Under the pieces are notes generated by a model. It was given only the letters and a program-made list of their open reading frames with translations. It was not told the DNA's origin and searched no databases. From a virus (Duplodnaviria; Heunggongvirae; Uroviricota; Caudoviricetes), in the IMG/VR virus record IMGVR_UViG_2713896780_000027: a DNA stretch of 12,085 bases; one strand, written 5' to 3'. A program made the translations under genes and the position numbers. This document shows positions 1 to 7,031 of the stretch, piece by piece (within the stretch, counting starts at the first letter, position 1; the number at the start of each line of letters is the position of its first letter).

Positions 1-294
1 GCGTATGGTCAACCTGACAACCCGGTGTCCTCAACGGGGAAGGAATAACCCCTCCATACTTACCGCCGCGCCATTTCGCGGATTGCCACAACCGGAAGCG
101 CACGGTCGACGAAAATTTAACGACAGGCTATCTATGAACCAGCTACCTCGCCGTGCGCTTTCGCGTTATGGTCTGACTTTTCAGAGAAATATCCTTTCAG
201 TAAACTGTCAGTGCCGGATGTTCACCCGTGTCCGGCGCACGCACTCCACTTCACCCGTGGAGAACTCCTTAATTACCAACCCTCAGGAGGGTGA

Positions 295-528
295 ATGTTA
301 AAATCAACTCTTATTGCTAAATGCCTTTATCAAAATCGCATGGTAAGCAGCATTTCAATAGGCGAGTCTGCAGTTAAAAGTATTTTCGAAGAGTACTTTC
401 CCGGGCATGATTTTAATAAATGGAATACCAAATTACCGCCAGCAGTTTCAACGCGTATTCTGAAAGCAACCGAAAGAGCAAGTACAATTCGCGTTAACTA
501 TTTCATTAAAGATTTGTGGGATCTTTGA
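295..528 (+). CDS. hypothetical small protein (77 aa), low-GC accessory gene
   Basis: ATG at 295 with AGGAGG about 6 nt upstream (287-292). AT-rich coding sequence contrasts with the GC-rich leader at 1-294. Its 3' end overlaps the convergent 135-aa gene by about 23 bp. No family recognised. Confidence 0.4.
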   Translation: MLKSTLIAKCLYQNRMVSSISIGESAVKSIFEEYFPGHDFNKWNTKLPPAVSTRILKATERASTIRVNYFIKDLWDL

Positions 529-913
529 TATCCACAGAGCCTAAAGTATGTGCATATGGATGTGCTATTATGCGCCCTCGCAGATTTGCATCATTTTCTA
601 AATTCACTGAACGAAACAGGGCATCAACAAGGCTCTGTACAATGCAAAGGCAATCGAAGACTGTCGCCGTTTCTGTTTTGATTGATGAAAGAACATGGCC
701 ATTCACGCAAACAGAAATTACCCGTTTATTAACATCGCTTTCCTGCTTTTGATTATCAGAACCATATAGCCCAGAAAAAGCATTGCGCACATTACGAACC
801 ATATTATCGATGGTTTCTTTTTCTGCGGTACTAAGGTCAAGAGTAGCCAGTTGTGAACGAACTATATTCGATGCCATTTCCTGTAATGGCGTTGGTAAAT
901 CTTTAAATTCCAT
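506..913 (-). CDS. hypothetical protein (135 aa), last gene of the leftward early operon
   Basis: ATG at 913 (minus) preceded by GAGG. Co-oriented with the upstream 72-aa and 118-aa genes, separated from the former by only 22 bp. Low GC. No family recognised. Confidence 0.5.
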   Translation of the reverse strand: MEFKDLPTPLQEMASNIVRSQLATLDLSTAEKETIDNMVRNVRNAFSGLYGSDNQKQESDVNKRVISVCVNGHVLSSIKTETATVFDCLCIVQSLVDALFRSVNLENDANLRGRIIAHPYAHTLGSVDIKDPTNL

Positions 914-935
914 TATTAGCCTCGTTGGTTAGCTA

Positions 936-1154
936 TTAACGTGGGTATGTAATCATTCTGGCAATGCTTAATGCCGCTGCTTTTTCCAGATTGGTGATAT
1001 CCTGCTCCAGAGCGGACAGATTTTCAGCCTGCTTAGCCCTGGCTTCATTGGCCCATTTCAGGTCCTGCACCGCCTTAATTTTCTGGTGCATCCACTCATA
1101 AAGTTCATCATCGGTATAGTCTGGCGCGATGATGACGGGGTCTCGTTTCTGCAT
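936..1154 (-). CDS. hypothetical small protein (72 aa)
   Basis: ATG at 1154 (minus) with a strong AAGGAG Shine-Dalgarno 5 nt upstream. Predicted acidic/helical product. Sits in the leftward operon downstream of the repressor gene. Confidence 0.55.
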   Translation of the reverse strand: MQKRDPVIIAPDYTDDELYEWMHQKIKAVQDLKWANEARAKQAENLSALEQDITNLEKAAALSIARMITYPR

Positions 1155-1226
1155 GTCGGCTCCTTGTGGTTAGCGTTGCCTGCTTTTTAACCACGTCAGG
1201 CGAGGTGGTATCCTCTGAGGGGTCTG

Positions 1227-1583
1227 TTACTCGAGAGGAAATTGGTTATGAATACAATCAAGTTTTCTTGCCCAGAATGTGGTGGCTAAGTCTTTGACAC
1301 ATCCTTTAAGCCGCAGGGCTCTGACAGTTTCGCGGGAGCCATCTGCAAAAATTGTGGTCACCTTGTAACTGAAGATGAGTCCTCGCAGTTCGATGACGAA
1401 ATCGTTGACAATATCTTCGGTGCACTCACCAGAGACTTTCTGAAGTAAAGGCGCATACCGCTTAGTTACCGCTCTGATAACTCTTACCTGTCCGGCAATG
1501 GCGCTGATATCAATATAAAGCGCCATCGCTGTTTCTTTGCTGATCCCTGGACGCCTTCCATTCTGATGTTTGACTTCGCCCAC
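1227..1583 (-). CDS. hypothetical protein (118 aa)
   Basis: GTG start at 1583 (minus) preceded by AGAGGA with 7-nt spacing. An internal ATG (Met20) is an alternative start. First ORF downstream of the dicA-like gene on the same strand. Confidence 0.45.
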   Translation of the reverse strand: MGEVKHQNGRRPGISKETAMALYIDISAIAGQVRVIRAVTKRYAPLLQKVSGECTEDIVNDFVIELRGLIFSYKVTTIFADGSRETVRALRLKGCVKDLATTFWARKLDCIHNQFPLE

Positions 1584-1790
1584 TGAGAAATCCTCTGCTT
1601 CCCCTTAACGCCGGGTAGCGGAACTGTTTGCTGAGAACACCGTGCGGTGTCTTGATGAGTAGAATTTAGAATAGCCTAAGAGTTATGGTTAAGCTTTTTG
1701 TGTAGAAAAACCTAAGCTTCTTGATGTAAAAAACACAAGTATTTGAAAGTTTGTGCTTTTTATTACAGAGAGTTGCGAAAAAAAGGGGGG

Positions 1791-2198
1791 TTATTTATTT
1801 GCGCTTCTTTTGCGAGCTTTGAGTAGTTCTTCAAAAAGTTTGTTGAAATTCTCAACTCGAGCACGCATCTCTGACAACAGAGCCTTTTGCTCTGACTCAG
1901 GCAGTGCGTCGAACAGTTGAAGCAACTCTTTTTGATCTTCTGTCAGATTGACTGGCTGATTATCTGGGATCGGTTCGCCTGGTTGCTTATCTTCATCTCC
2001 AAAAAGAAGCCAAGTCGGCGAGCACTGAAGCGCCTGGCTCAGTGCGAATAATCTCTTCCCCGCTGGCTGTGTTTCATCTCTTTCCCATTGAGAAATTGTT
2101 ACGTGAGCCACTTTGACCAGCTTACCTAATGCGGCCTGAGACAGTTTTAATTTTTTTCGCCTGTATAAGAGGCGAGCACCGAAGGTTTCGTTTTTCAT
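1791..2198 (-). CDS. dicA: DicA-like CI-type prophage repressor (HTH XRE family), 135 aa
   Basis: Translation carries an N-terminal HTH (LSQAALGKLVKVAHVTISQWER) and the motifs LFALSQALQCSPTWLLFGDEDKQP and NFNKLFEELLKARKR. These match my recollection of E. coli Qin DicA closely, and the length is the same. It is divergent from a Cro-like gene. Confidence 0.75.
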   Translation of the reverse strand: MKNETFGARLLYRRKKLKLSQAALGKLVKVAHVTISQWERDETQPAGKRLFALSQALQCSPTWLLFGDEDKQPGEPIPDNQPVNLTEDQKELLQLFDALPESEQKALLSEMRARVENFNKLFEELLKARKRSANK

Positions 2199-2274
2199 AT
2201 TAGGTAATTCTAATTTTTCTTGACTTAGGTTTCTCTACGATCTAGTTTCCTTAGGAAAATCTAAGGGGTTCGAT
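2199..2274. promoter_or_regulatory. divergent repressor/cro intergenic control region with operator-like inverted repeats
   Basis: 76-bp gap between divergent dicA-like and dicC-like starts. Contains -35-like TTGACT (2220-2225), the inverted repeat CCTTAG-N6-CTAAGG (about 2249-2266) and a further CTTAGG at 2223-2228. Confidence 0.5.
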
Positions 2275-2502
2275 ATGTTGAAAATTGATGCTATAGCGTT
2301 TTTTGGCAGCAAAACAAAGCTTGCCAATGTCGCAGGAGTTAGGCTGGCAAGCGTTGCTGCATGGGGGGAACTGGTTCCTGAAGGTCGCGCGATGCGCCTG
2401 CAAGAGGCATCCGGCGGGGAACTTCAGTACGACCCCAAAGTTTATGACGAATATCGTAAGGCAAAGCGGGCGGGGCGGTTGAACAATGAAAATCACCACT
2501 GA
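2275..2502 (+). CDS. dicC: Cro-like regulator of the DicC/YdaS family, 75 aa
   Basis: ATG at 2275 with AAGGGG upstream. Divergent from the dicA-like gene. Product resembles DicC/YdaS-type Cro proteins (FFGSKTKLANVAGV...GRAMRLQEASGGELQYDP). Confidence 0.6.
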   Translation: MLKIDAIAFFGSKTKLANVAGVRLASVAAWGELVPEGRAMRLQEASGGELQYDPKVYDEYRKAKRAGRLNNENHH

Positions 2503-3037
2503 ACAGGTTTGTGAGGCTCTGGATACCTGGGTATGCCGACCAGGAATGACACAGGAGCAGGCGACGATATTAATCACGGAAGCATTCTGGGCTCTGAAAG
2601 AACGCCCGAACATCGATGTTCAACGCGTCACGTTTAATGATGGCGAGGTTGATCAACGGGCGCTGGGCGTTAACCGGGTGAAGATATTCGAACGCTGGAA
2701 AGCTATCGACACCAGAGATAAGCGTGACAAATTCACGGCGCTGATTCCGGCAATTATGGAGGCTATCCGGATCAGCGATTTCAGATTGTATTGTGAAATT
2801 ACTGACGGAAAAAGCATTACGTACATGATCGCCGGGTTAAACAAAGAATATGGCGATGTGGTGGAGTCCGGGCTGCTTTTTGCGGATCCAGTTGTTGTGG
2901 AACGTGAGACTGACGAGCTTATAGAAAAAGCTATTGCTTTCAAGCACGCGTATCGTCAGCAATACCAATATTACTTTGCAGATAAACAAATGTCTGCCAG
3001 GGGTTCGTATGAGTATCGATGCACTACGATGGGCTAA
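2486..3037 (+). CDS. YdaT-like protein (CII-like regulator/toxin-domain family), 183 aa
   Basis: ATG at 2486 overlaps the end of the cro-like gene by 17 bp. Position and N-terminal sequence are consistent with the YdaT proteins that follow YdaS/Cro in Rac and CP-933P-type prophages. The C-terminal 29 bp overlap the O-like start. Confidence 0.55.
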   Translation: MKITTEQVCEALDTWVCRPGMTQEQATILITEAFWALKERPNIDVQRVTFNDGEVDQRALGVNRVKIFERWKAIDTRDKRDKFTALIPAIMEAIRISDFRLYCEITDGKSITYMIAGLNKEYGDVVESGLLFADPVVVERETDELIEKAIAFKHAYRQQYQYYFADKQMSARGSYEYRCTTMG

Positions 3038-4049
3038 AAAGGTGAAAACCGGCAGTTCATCCAGTAAGTCAGTATTGACCTGGCTTGCTGATATGTGCGG
3101 TGCCGATTTGTGTGCATACCCGTCTGTATCTGCACTGGCAGAAGTAACGGAACTGAACAAAAAGACTGTGCAGGACAGCTTACGACACCTGATGGAGATT
3201 GGGTTAATTGTTGATACCGGTGAGAGAAAAGGCAGAACAAAGCAAATTGTGGTGTACCGACTTATCGGTGTAGAAGAAAGTGTTGCCGAGCCTGAATACA
3301 CCCAAAAACGGGAGTCTTTAAAGGTGGGTAAAATTGGTGCTGTTAATAAAAACAGTACCGAAAATGGTTATGTTTCAGCACAAAACAGACCCAAAAACAG
3401 AACTCTTAGCTGCATGGAAAATAACCAAAGACACCCAAATTTTCCATCAAAGACACCCAAAAACGGATCACGGAACCCAAAGGAACCCAAAGATCTAAAC
3501 CCCACACATAACGCACGCGAGAGTGCTCCGACCAGTGAGCAGGAAGTTTTGTCGTTACAGGCAGCCCCCCCTGTATTCCTGTATGGCCTGAGCGAACCCA
3601 TCGGAAAATTCCCGATGAGCGATAGCTGGTATCCGTCACGGGATTTTCGACGACGGGCTGCGTTGTGGGGGATGGCTTTGCCGGAGACAGAATTTACACC
3701 TGCTGAACTTGCCGCCTTCCGGGACTACTGGGCAGCGGAGGGGAAAGTGTTTACGCAGATTCAGTGGGAGCAGAAATTCGCCCGTCACGTAAATCACGTC
3801 AGGGCGCAGGTTAAACCAGTCAGCAAAGGGGTAAACCATGCAGCAGCACCAGGTGGCACCGCATCACGGGCAGTTCAGGAAATTCGGGCAGCACGTGAGC
3901 AGTGGGAACGTGAAAACGGATTTATCAGCGACGGAAACGGCCTGGAAGCTGTGGGAACTCATGGGGGAGGTTTATTCGAACCGCTGGACCCAGAAGAACG
4001 GGGCCGCACCATCGAAGCTCTGGATTGCACAGATTGGCGCGATGACTGA
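3009..4049 (+). CDS. replication initiator, lambda O-like (N-terminal HTH, low-complexity linker, C-terminal DnaT-like domain)
   Basis: ATG at 3009 (MSIDALRWAKK...) with AGGGG upstream; the longer ORF from 2934 was rejected. N-terminal winged-helix region, P/K/N-rich linker encoded by the iteron repeats, and a DnaT-like C-terminal region (FTPAELAAFRDYWAAEG...). The last 212 bp overlap the P-like gene out of frame. Confidence 0.65.
   Translation: MSIDALRWAKKVKTGSSSSKSVLTWLADMCGADLCAYPSVSALAEVTELNKKTVQDSLRHLMEIGLIVDTGERKGRTKQIVVYRLIGVEESVAEPEYTQKRESLKVGKIGAVNKNSTENGYVSAQNRPKNRTLSCMENNQRHPNFPSKTPKNGSRNPKEPKDLNPTHNARESAPTSEQEVLSLQAAPPVFLYGLSEPIGKFPMSDSWYPSRDFRRRAALWGMALPETEFTPAELAAFRDYWAAEGKVFTQIQWEQKFARHVNHVRAQVKPVSKGVNHAAAPGGTASRAVQEIRAAREQWERENGFISDGNGLEAVGTHGGGLFEPLDPEERGRTIEALDCTDWRDD
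3386..3495. repeat. iteron-like direct repeats (candidate phage origin) inside the O-like gene
   Basis: At least five copies of an (A/G)ACCCAAA core within about 110 bp (AGACCCAAAAACAG, AGACACCCAAATTTT, AGACACCCAAAAACGG, GGAACCCAAAGG, GAACCCAAAGATC). They lie in the linker-coding part of the initiator gene, as in the lambda ori. Confidence 0.5.
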
Positions 4050-4503
4050 GCAGCAAATCCGGCAGGTCTGCCGCCAGTGCATGGACCGCTGCCGGGCGGG
4101 TGAAACATGGCCTCCGGACCTGGCTGAGTTTGTGGCACTGATTTCGAAAAGCGGAGCCAATCCATTCGGTCTGACGGTGGATGCTGTGATGGAGGAGTAC
4201 CGCCGCTGGCGCAATGAGTCCTGGCGATACGACGGAAGTGATAAGTACCCGTGGTCTCAGCCTGTGCTGTATCACATTTGCCTCGAGATGCGTTCAAAGG
4301 GGATTGAGCGCCAGATGACCGAAGGGGAATTAAAACGGCTTGCAGAACGGCAACTGACGAAATGGGCAAAGCATGTTAGTAACGGCCTGAGCGTTCCGCC
4401 AGTCCGGCGACAACTGGCGGCCCCCAAACGCCCGTCGGGGCCAACGCCAATTGAGTTGCTGAAACAGGAATATGAACGCCGGAAAGCGGCTGGTTTTGTT
4501 TGA
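3838..4503 (+). CDS. replication protein P-like helicase loader (lambda P family)
   Basis: C-terminal half resembles lambda P as I recall it (YPWSQPVLYHICLEMR... against YPWKSNAHYWLVTNLY...). ATG at 3838 has AAAGGGG 6 nt upstream. Alternative starts are GTG 3910, ATG 3961 and ATG 4042. Confidence 0.65.
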   Translation: MQQHQVAPHHGQFRKFGQHVSSGNVKTDLSATETAWKLWELMGEVYSNRWTQKNGAAPSKLWIAQIGAMTEQQIRQVCRQCMDRCRAGETWPPDLAEFVALISKSGANPFGLTVDAVMEEYRRWRNESWRYDGSDKYPWSQPVLYHICLEMRSKGIERQMTEGELKRLAERQLTKWAKHVSNGLSVPPVRRQLAAPKRPSGPTPIELLKQEYERRKAAGFV

Positions 4504-4536
4504 GTTGAGAAGTGATTTTTTACCGGGAGGAAATTT

Positions 4537-5271
4537 ATGGAGACTGTTTTTGACGCACTGAAAGCGATGGGAAAAGCCACGTCGGTAGAGCTGGCTGCGC
4601 GACTTGATATCAGTCGTGAAGAAGTACTGAACGAGCTGTGGGAACTGAAAAAGGCTGGCTTCGTTGATAAAAGCGTATACACCTGGCGTGTGGCTGATAA
4701 CAACGTTCAGCAGGAACAGCCAGCGCCAGAAGAAACCACCACGGCAACAGAAGCGAAAATCTCAGAGTGCGATTTAACCGCGACGATTGAACAACGCGGA
4801 CCACAAACGGCGGATGAACTGGCTACGCTGTTCGGTACAACATCCCGCAAAGTTGCTTCAACGCTGGCAATGGCAATCAGCAAAGGTCGTCTGATTCGCG
4901 TAAACCAGAACGGTAAAATTCGTTACTGCATACCAGGTGATAATTTACCAGCAGAGCCGAAAGTTGAATCGGTAGCGGAAACCGATGGTAAAGCCTTTCC
5001 TCAGCCAGCCGGTGTTGCGTTACCGGTACAGAAAGATGCAACACAGGAAGATATTAAAACAGAAACTGTGGCGGACATTGTGCAGTCGCTGCCATCGTTT
5101 ACTGCAACGCGAGAAGATGATTTGATTTTGCCATCGCTGCATATGGCAAATCGCGAACTGCGTAGGGCGAAGAATCATGTCCAGAAGTGGGAGCGAGTCT
5201 GCGCCGCGCTGCGGGAGCTGAACAAGCACCGGGATATGGTTGCCGGGATTTGTCGGAAGTCCGGGCAATGA
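4537..5271 (+). CDS. conserved prophage protein, DUF1627-like, 244 aa
   Basis: ATG at 4537 with a strong GGGAGG Shine-Dalgarno. N-terminal winged-helix-like segment followed by an acidic/Thr-rich linker. Sits immediately after O/P, as in many lambdoid prophages. Family assignment is from memory only. Confidence 0.5.
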   Translation: METVFDALKAMGKATSVELAARLDISREEVLNELWELKKAGFVDKSVYTWRVADNNVQQEQPAPEETTTATEAKISECDLTATIEQRGPQTADELATLFGTTSRKVASTLAMAISKGRLIRVNQNGKIRYCIPGDNLPAEPKVESVAETDGKAFPQPAGVALPVQKDATQEDIKTETVADIVQSLPSFTATREDDLILPSLHMANRELRRAKNHVQKWERVCAALRELNKHRDMVAGICRKSGQ

Positions 5272-5432
5272 GCGGATGGTGCAGGCCTGAAATCATGATA
5301 CTAACAATGAAGGTAAAATGCATCGGCAGTCTGATTGGTCGTAGTGAGGCGGCGGTCAGGATGAAAGCCCAGGTTAAGGGAATAAGCCTGATTCTGCGGG
5401 GTGATTTTCACCAGTCAACAAAATATCCGTAG
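5268..5432 (+). CDS. hypothetical small protein (54 aa)
   Basis: ATG at 5268 overlaps the DUF1627 stop (ATGA coupling). The longer ORF from 5187 lacks a ribosome-binding site and overlaps the upstream gene. No homology recognised. Confidence 0.3.
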   Translation: MSGWCRPEIMILTMKVKCIGSLIGRSEAAVRMKAQVKGISLILRGDFHQSTKYP

Positions 5433-5712
5433 CGCGATAACGGTCAAAAATTATGGCGCTGACACTTTTGTGCCACTGGAGATGACTGTACCTAAGTTCA
5501 GGGGAGAAGAACACGTCCGGTGGGATGGTCGGGCCAGATTTAAAGGGCAGGTCATGGCTCCAGCCTGTACGCTGGCAATGGAGGCTGCCTGGCGGGAAAT
5601 TGATATGGGAACCACGCCACTCAGGGATTTACTGCCGGTCCAGAGAATAAATTCCTGTTACGGTTACACCACTGTGATCTTGCAAGTGCAGGAAAGTAGG
5701 TCTACACGGTAA
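5401..5712 (+). CDS. hypothetical ORF, possibly a gene remnant
   Basis: Open frame from GTG 5401; better-placed internal starts are ATG 5482 and ATG 5554 (AAAGGG upstream). No recognisable domain. May be a decayed gene at the moron boundary. Confidence 0.2.
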   Translation: MIFTSQQNIRSAITVKNYGADTFVPLEMTVPKFRGEEHVRWDGRARFKGQVMAPACTLAMEAAWREIDMGTTPLRDLLPVQRINSCYGYTTVILQVQESRSTR

Positions 5713-5937
5713 CGCGAGTGCGTGTAACTTTGATGTCATTCCCGTAGAAACACCGGACAAATTTTCGCTGACAGGTCATGCAGAAGGTATAAATCTGCAG
5801 ATTATGGACAATTACGGATATCCGGCAAGAGCCGGAAAAAGCATGCCGCCTCTAATTCTCAGTGGAAGATGGACTTGATTATACTCATTGCATTGTCAGA
5901 AATAGTTATCCATTAAAGGCTGGCTATTCCAAACAGG

Positions 5938-5965
5938 ATGTTGATTACAAAAATGTAATCAACAT
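5938..5965. promoter_or_regulatory. perfect 12-bp inverted repeat with 4-bp spacer upstream of the moron gene
   Basis: ATGTTGATTACA-AAAA-TGTAATCAACAT, perfect dyad symmetry. Lies in an AT-rich region about 25 bp upstream of a TATAAT hexamer (5992-5997) and about 165 bp upstream of the 6130 start codon. Confidence 0.4.
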
Positions 5966-6129
5966 GTAAGGTTTATACTCTTCAATATGCGTATAATTTT
6001 CCTTATTTTGTTGACTTTAAATAACAAGCTATGCACGAGGTAAAGTCGGATAAGTTTATCTGGATGTAATATATATTATTTGTAGTGTTTATAACTTTAT
6101 TTCATGATAACCAATAAAAGGAGTTTTTT

Positions 6130-6888
6130 ATGAGGAACATAATGGCAGGTTTTTTAATATTCCTGTCTTCTGCTGCTTATGCTGATATCAATCTGTATGG
6201 TCCTGGTGGCCCGCATACAGCCTTGCTTGATGCAGCCAAACTTTATGCCGAAAAAACAGGTATTATAGTGAACGTTCATTACGGCCCACAGAACAAATGG
6301 AATGAAGATGCCAAAAAAAATGCAGATATCTTGTTTGGCGCATCAGAACAATCTGCTCTGGCTATCATTCGGGACCATAAAGACAGCTTCAGTGAAAAAG
6401 ATATTCAGCCTCTTTATCTGCGAAAAAGTATTTTACTGGTAAAGAAAGGTAATCCTAAAAATATCCGGAGTATTGACGACCTGACCAGACCTGGGATTGG
6501 CGTAATTGTTAATGATGGTGGTGGTACCAGTAATACATCAGGCACTGGCGTCTGGGAAGATATTGCCGGACGTAAAGGGAATATAGAAACTGTCGCCGCA
6601 ATCCGAAAAAATATTATTTTATATGCGCCCAATAGCGGAACTGCACGTAAGGCTCTTGAGAATCAGCCTGGAGCAGATGTCTGGATAACCTGGGCTGACT
6701 GGGCAGCCAGTAATCCAGAAATTGGTGATGTCGTGGAAATAGCGCCAGACTACGTGATATGGCGTGATATGAACATTACAGTACGTCAGGATGCAAATGA
6801 TGAAACCCGTCGATTTGCAGAATGGCTACAAACCGATGAAGCGGCGCCTGCATTCAAAAAATATGGCTGGACCAGGAAAGGCACTTGA
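6130..6888 (+). CDS. secreted periplasmic solute-binding protein, ModA/AcfC-like (type II PBP fold), 252 aa
   Basis: GGAG 6 nt upstream of ATG 6130. Sec-type signal peptide (MRNIMAGFLIFLSSAAYA, AXA cleavage motif). Mature sequence resembles molybdate/sulfate-binding proteins and the AcfC family, including the C-terminal AFKKYGW motif. GC is well below the flanking phage genes. Confidence 0.65.
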   Translation: MRNIMAGFLIFLSSAAYADINLYGPGGPHTALLDAAKLYAEKTGIIVNVHYGPQNKWNEDAKKNADILFGASEQSALAIIRDHKDSFSEKDIQPLYLRKSILLVKKGNPKNIRSIDDLTRPGIGVIVNDGGGTSNTSGTGVWEDIAGRKGNIETVAAIRKNIILYAPNSGTARKALENQPGADVWITWADWAASNPEIGDVVEIAPDYVIWRDMNITVRQDANDETRRFAEWLQTDEAAPAFKKYGWTRKGT

Positions 6889-6894
6889 CATCCT

Positions 6895-6920
6895 CGTCCT
6901 TCAGGACGTGGATTCTTTTT
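6895..6920 (+). terminator. candidate intrinsic terminator after the solute-binding gene
   Basis: Stem CGTCC/GGACG with TTCA loop, 7 nt after the stop, followed by a T-rich tract (TTCTTTTT). Confidence 0.4.
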
Positions 6921-7007
6921 CCGGATGCCGCGCCAGCGGCATGTAGGGGCAGCTCACAAAACGGAAAAAATTGTACGCTAAGCCTCGCCAGGTGAACTGA
7001 ATTCATT

Positions 7008-7031
7008 CCGATATGGGAATTCCCATATCGG
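7008..7031. other. perfect 24-nt palindrome CCGATATGGGAATTCCCATATCGG
   Basis: Exact dyad symmetry centred on GAATTC. No flanking T-run on either strand, so not a typical terminator. Sits in GC-rich non-coding DNA with further hairpins (ATGCCGC-GCCA-GCGGCAT at 6925-6942; GAGGC-TATCT-GCCTC at about 7086-7100). Confidence 0.4.

Noticed and set aside
5-301. 98-aa plus-strand ORF at the window start
   Set aside because: Arg-rich, low-complexity translation with no ribosome-binding site, in GC-rich DNA that is closed in the other frames. It looks like a chance ORF in a structured non-coding leader.
516-752. 78-aa plus-strand ORF
   Set aside because: Lies wholly antisense inside the better-supported 135-aa minus-strand gene, with no ribosome-binding site.
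2934-3008. Upstream extension of the O-like ORF to ATG 2934
   Set aside because: It would overlap the YdaT-like gene by over 100 bp. The ATG at 3009 has a ribosome-binding site and gives a typical MSIDALRWAK N-terminus.
2251-3301. Minus-strand ORFs 2251-2613, 2653-2943, 2837-3301 and 3034-3240
   Set aside because: They are antisense to the cro-like, YdaT-like and O-like genes, have junk-like Cys/Ser-rich translations and no start context.
3368-4804. Minus-strand ORFs antisense to O, P and DUF1627 (3368-3601, 3406-3639, 3636-3839, 3925-4275, 3959-4369, 3972-4214, 4272-4703, 4610-4804)
   Set aside because: Mutually overlapping shadow ORFs in GC-rich coding DNA with Arg/Pro/Ser-rich translations. 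The plus-strand genes have recognisable homology.
5020-5323. Minus-strand ORFs 5020-5268 and 5099-5323, and plus-strand ORF 5187-5432
   Set aside because: They overlap the 3' end of the DUF1627 gene with no start signals. Only the in-frame segment from ATG 5268 was kept, at low confidence.
6414-6632. 72-aa minus-strand ORF inside the solute-binding gene
   Set aside because: Antisense to a gene with ribosome-binding site, signal peptide and fold-level similarity.
7008-7031. The 24-nt palindrome as an intrinsic terminator
   Set aside because: No U-run follows the hairpin on either strand, so a protein-binding or recombination site or an RNA structural element is more likely.
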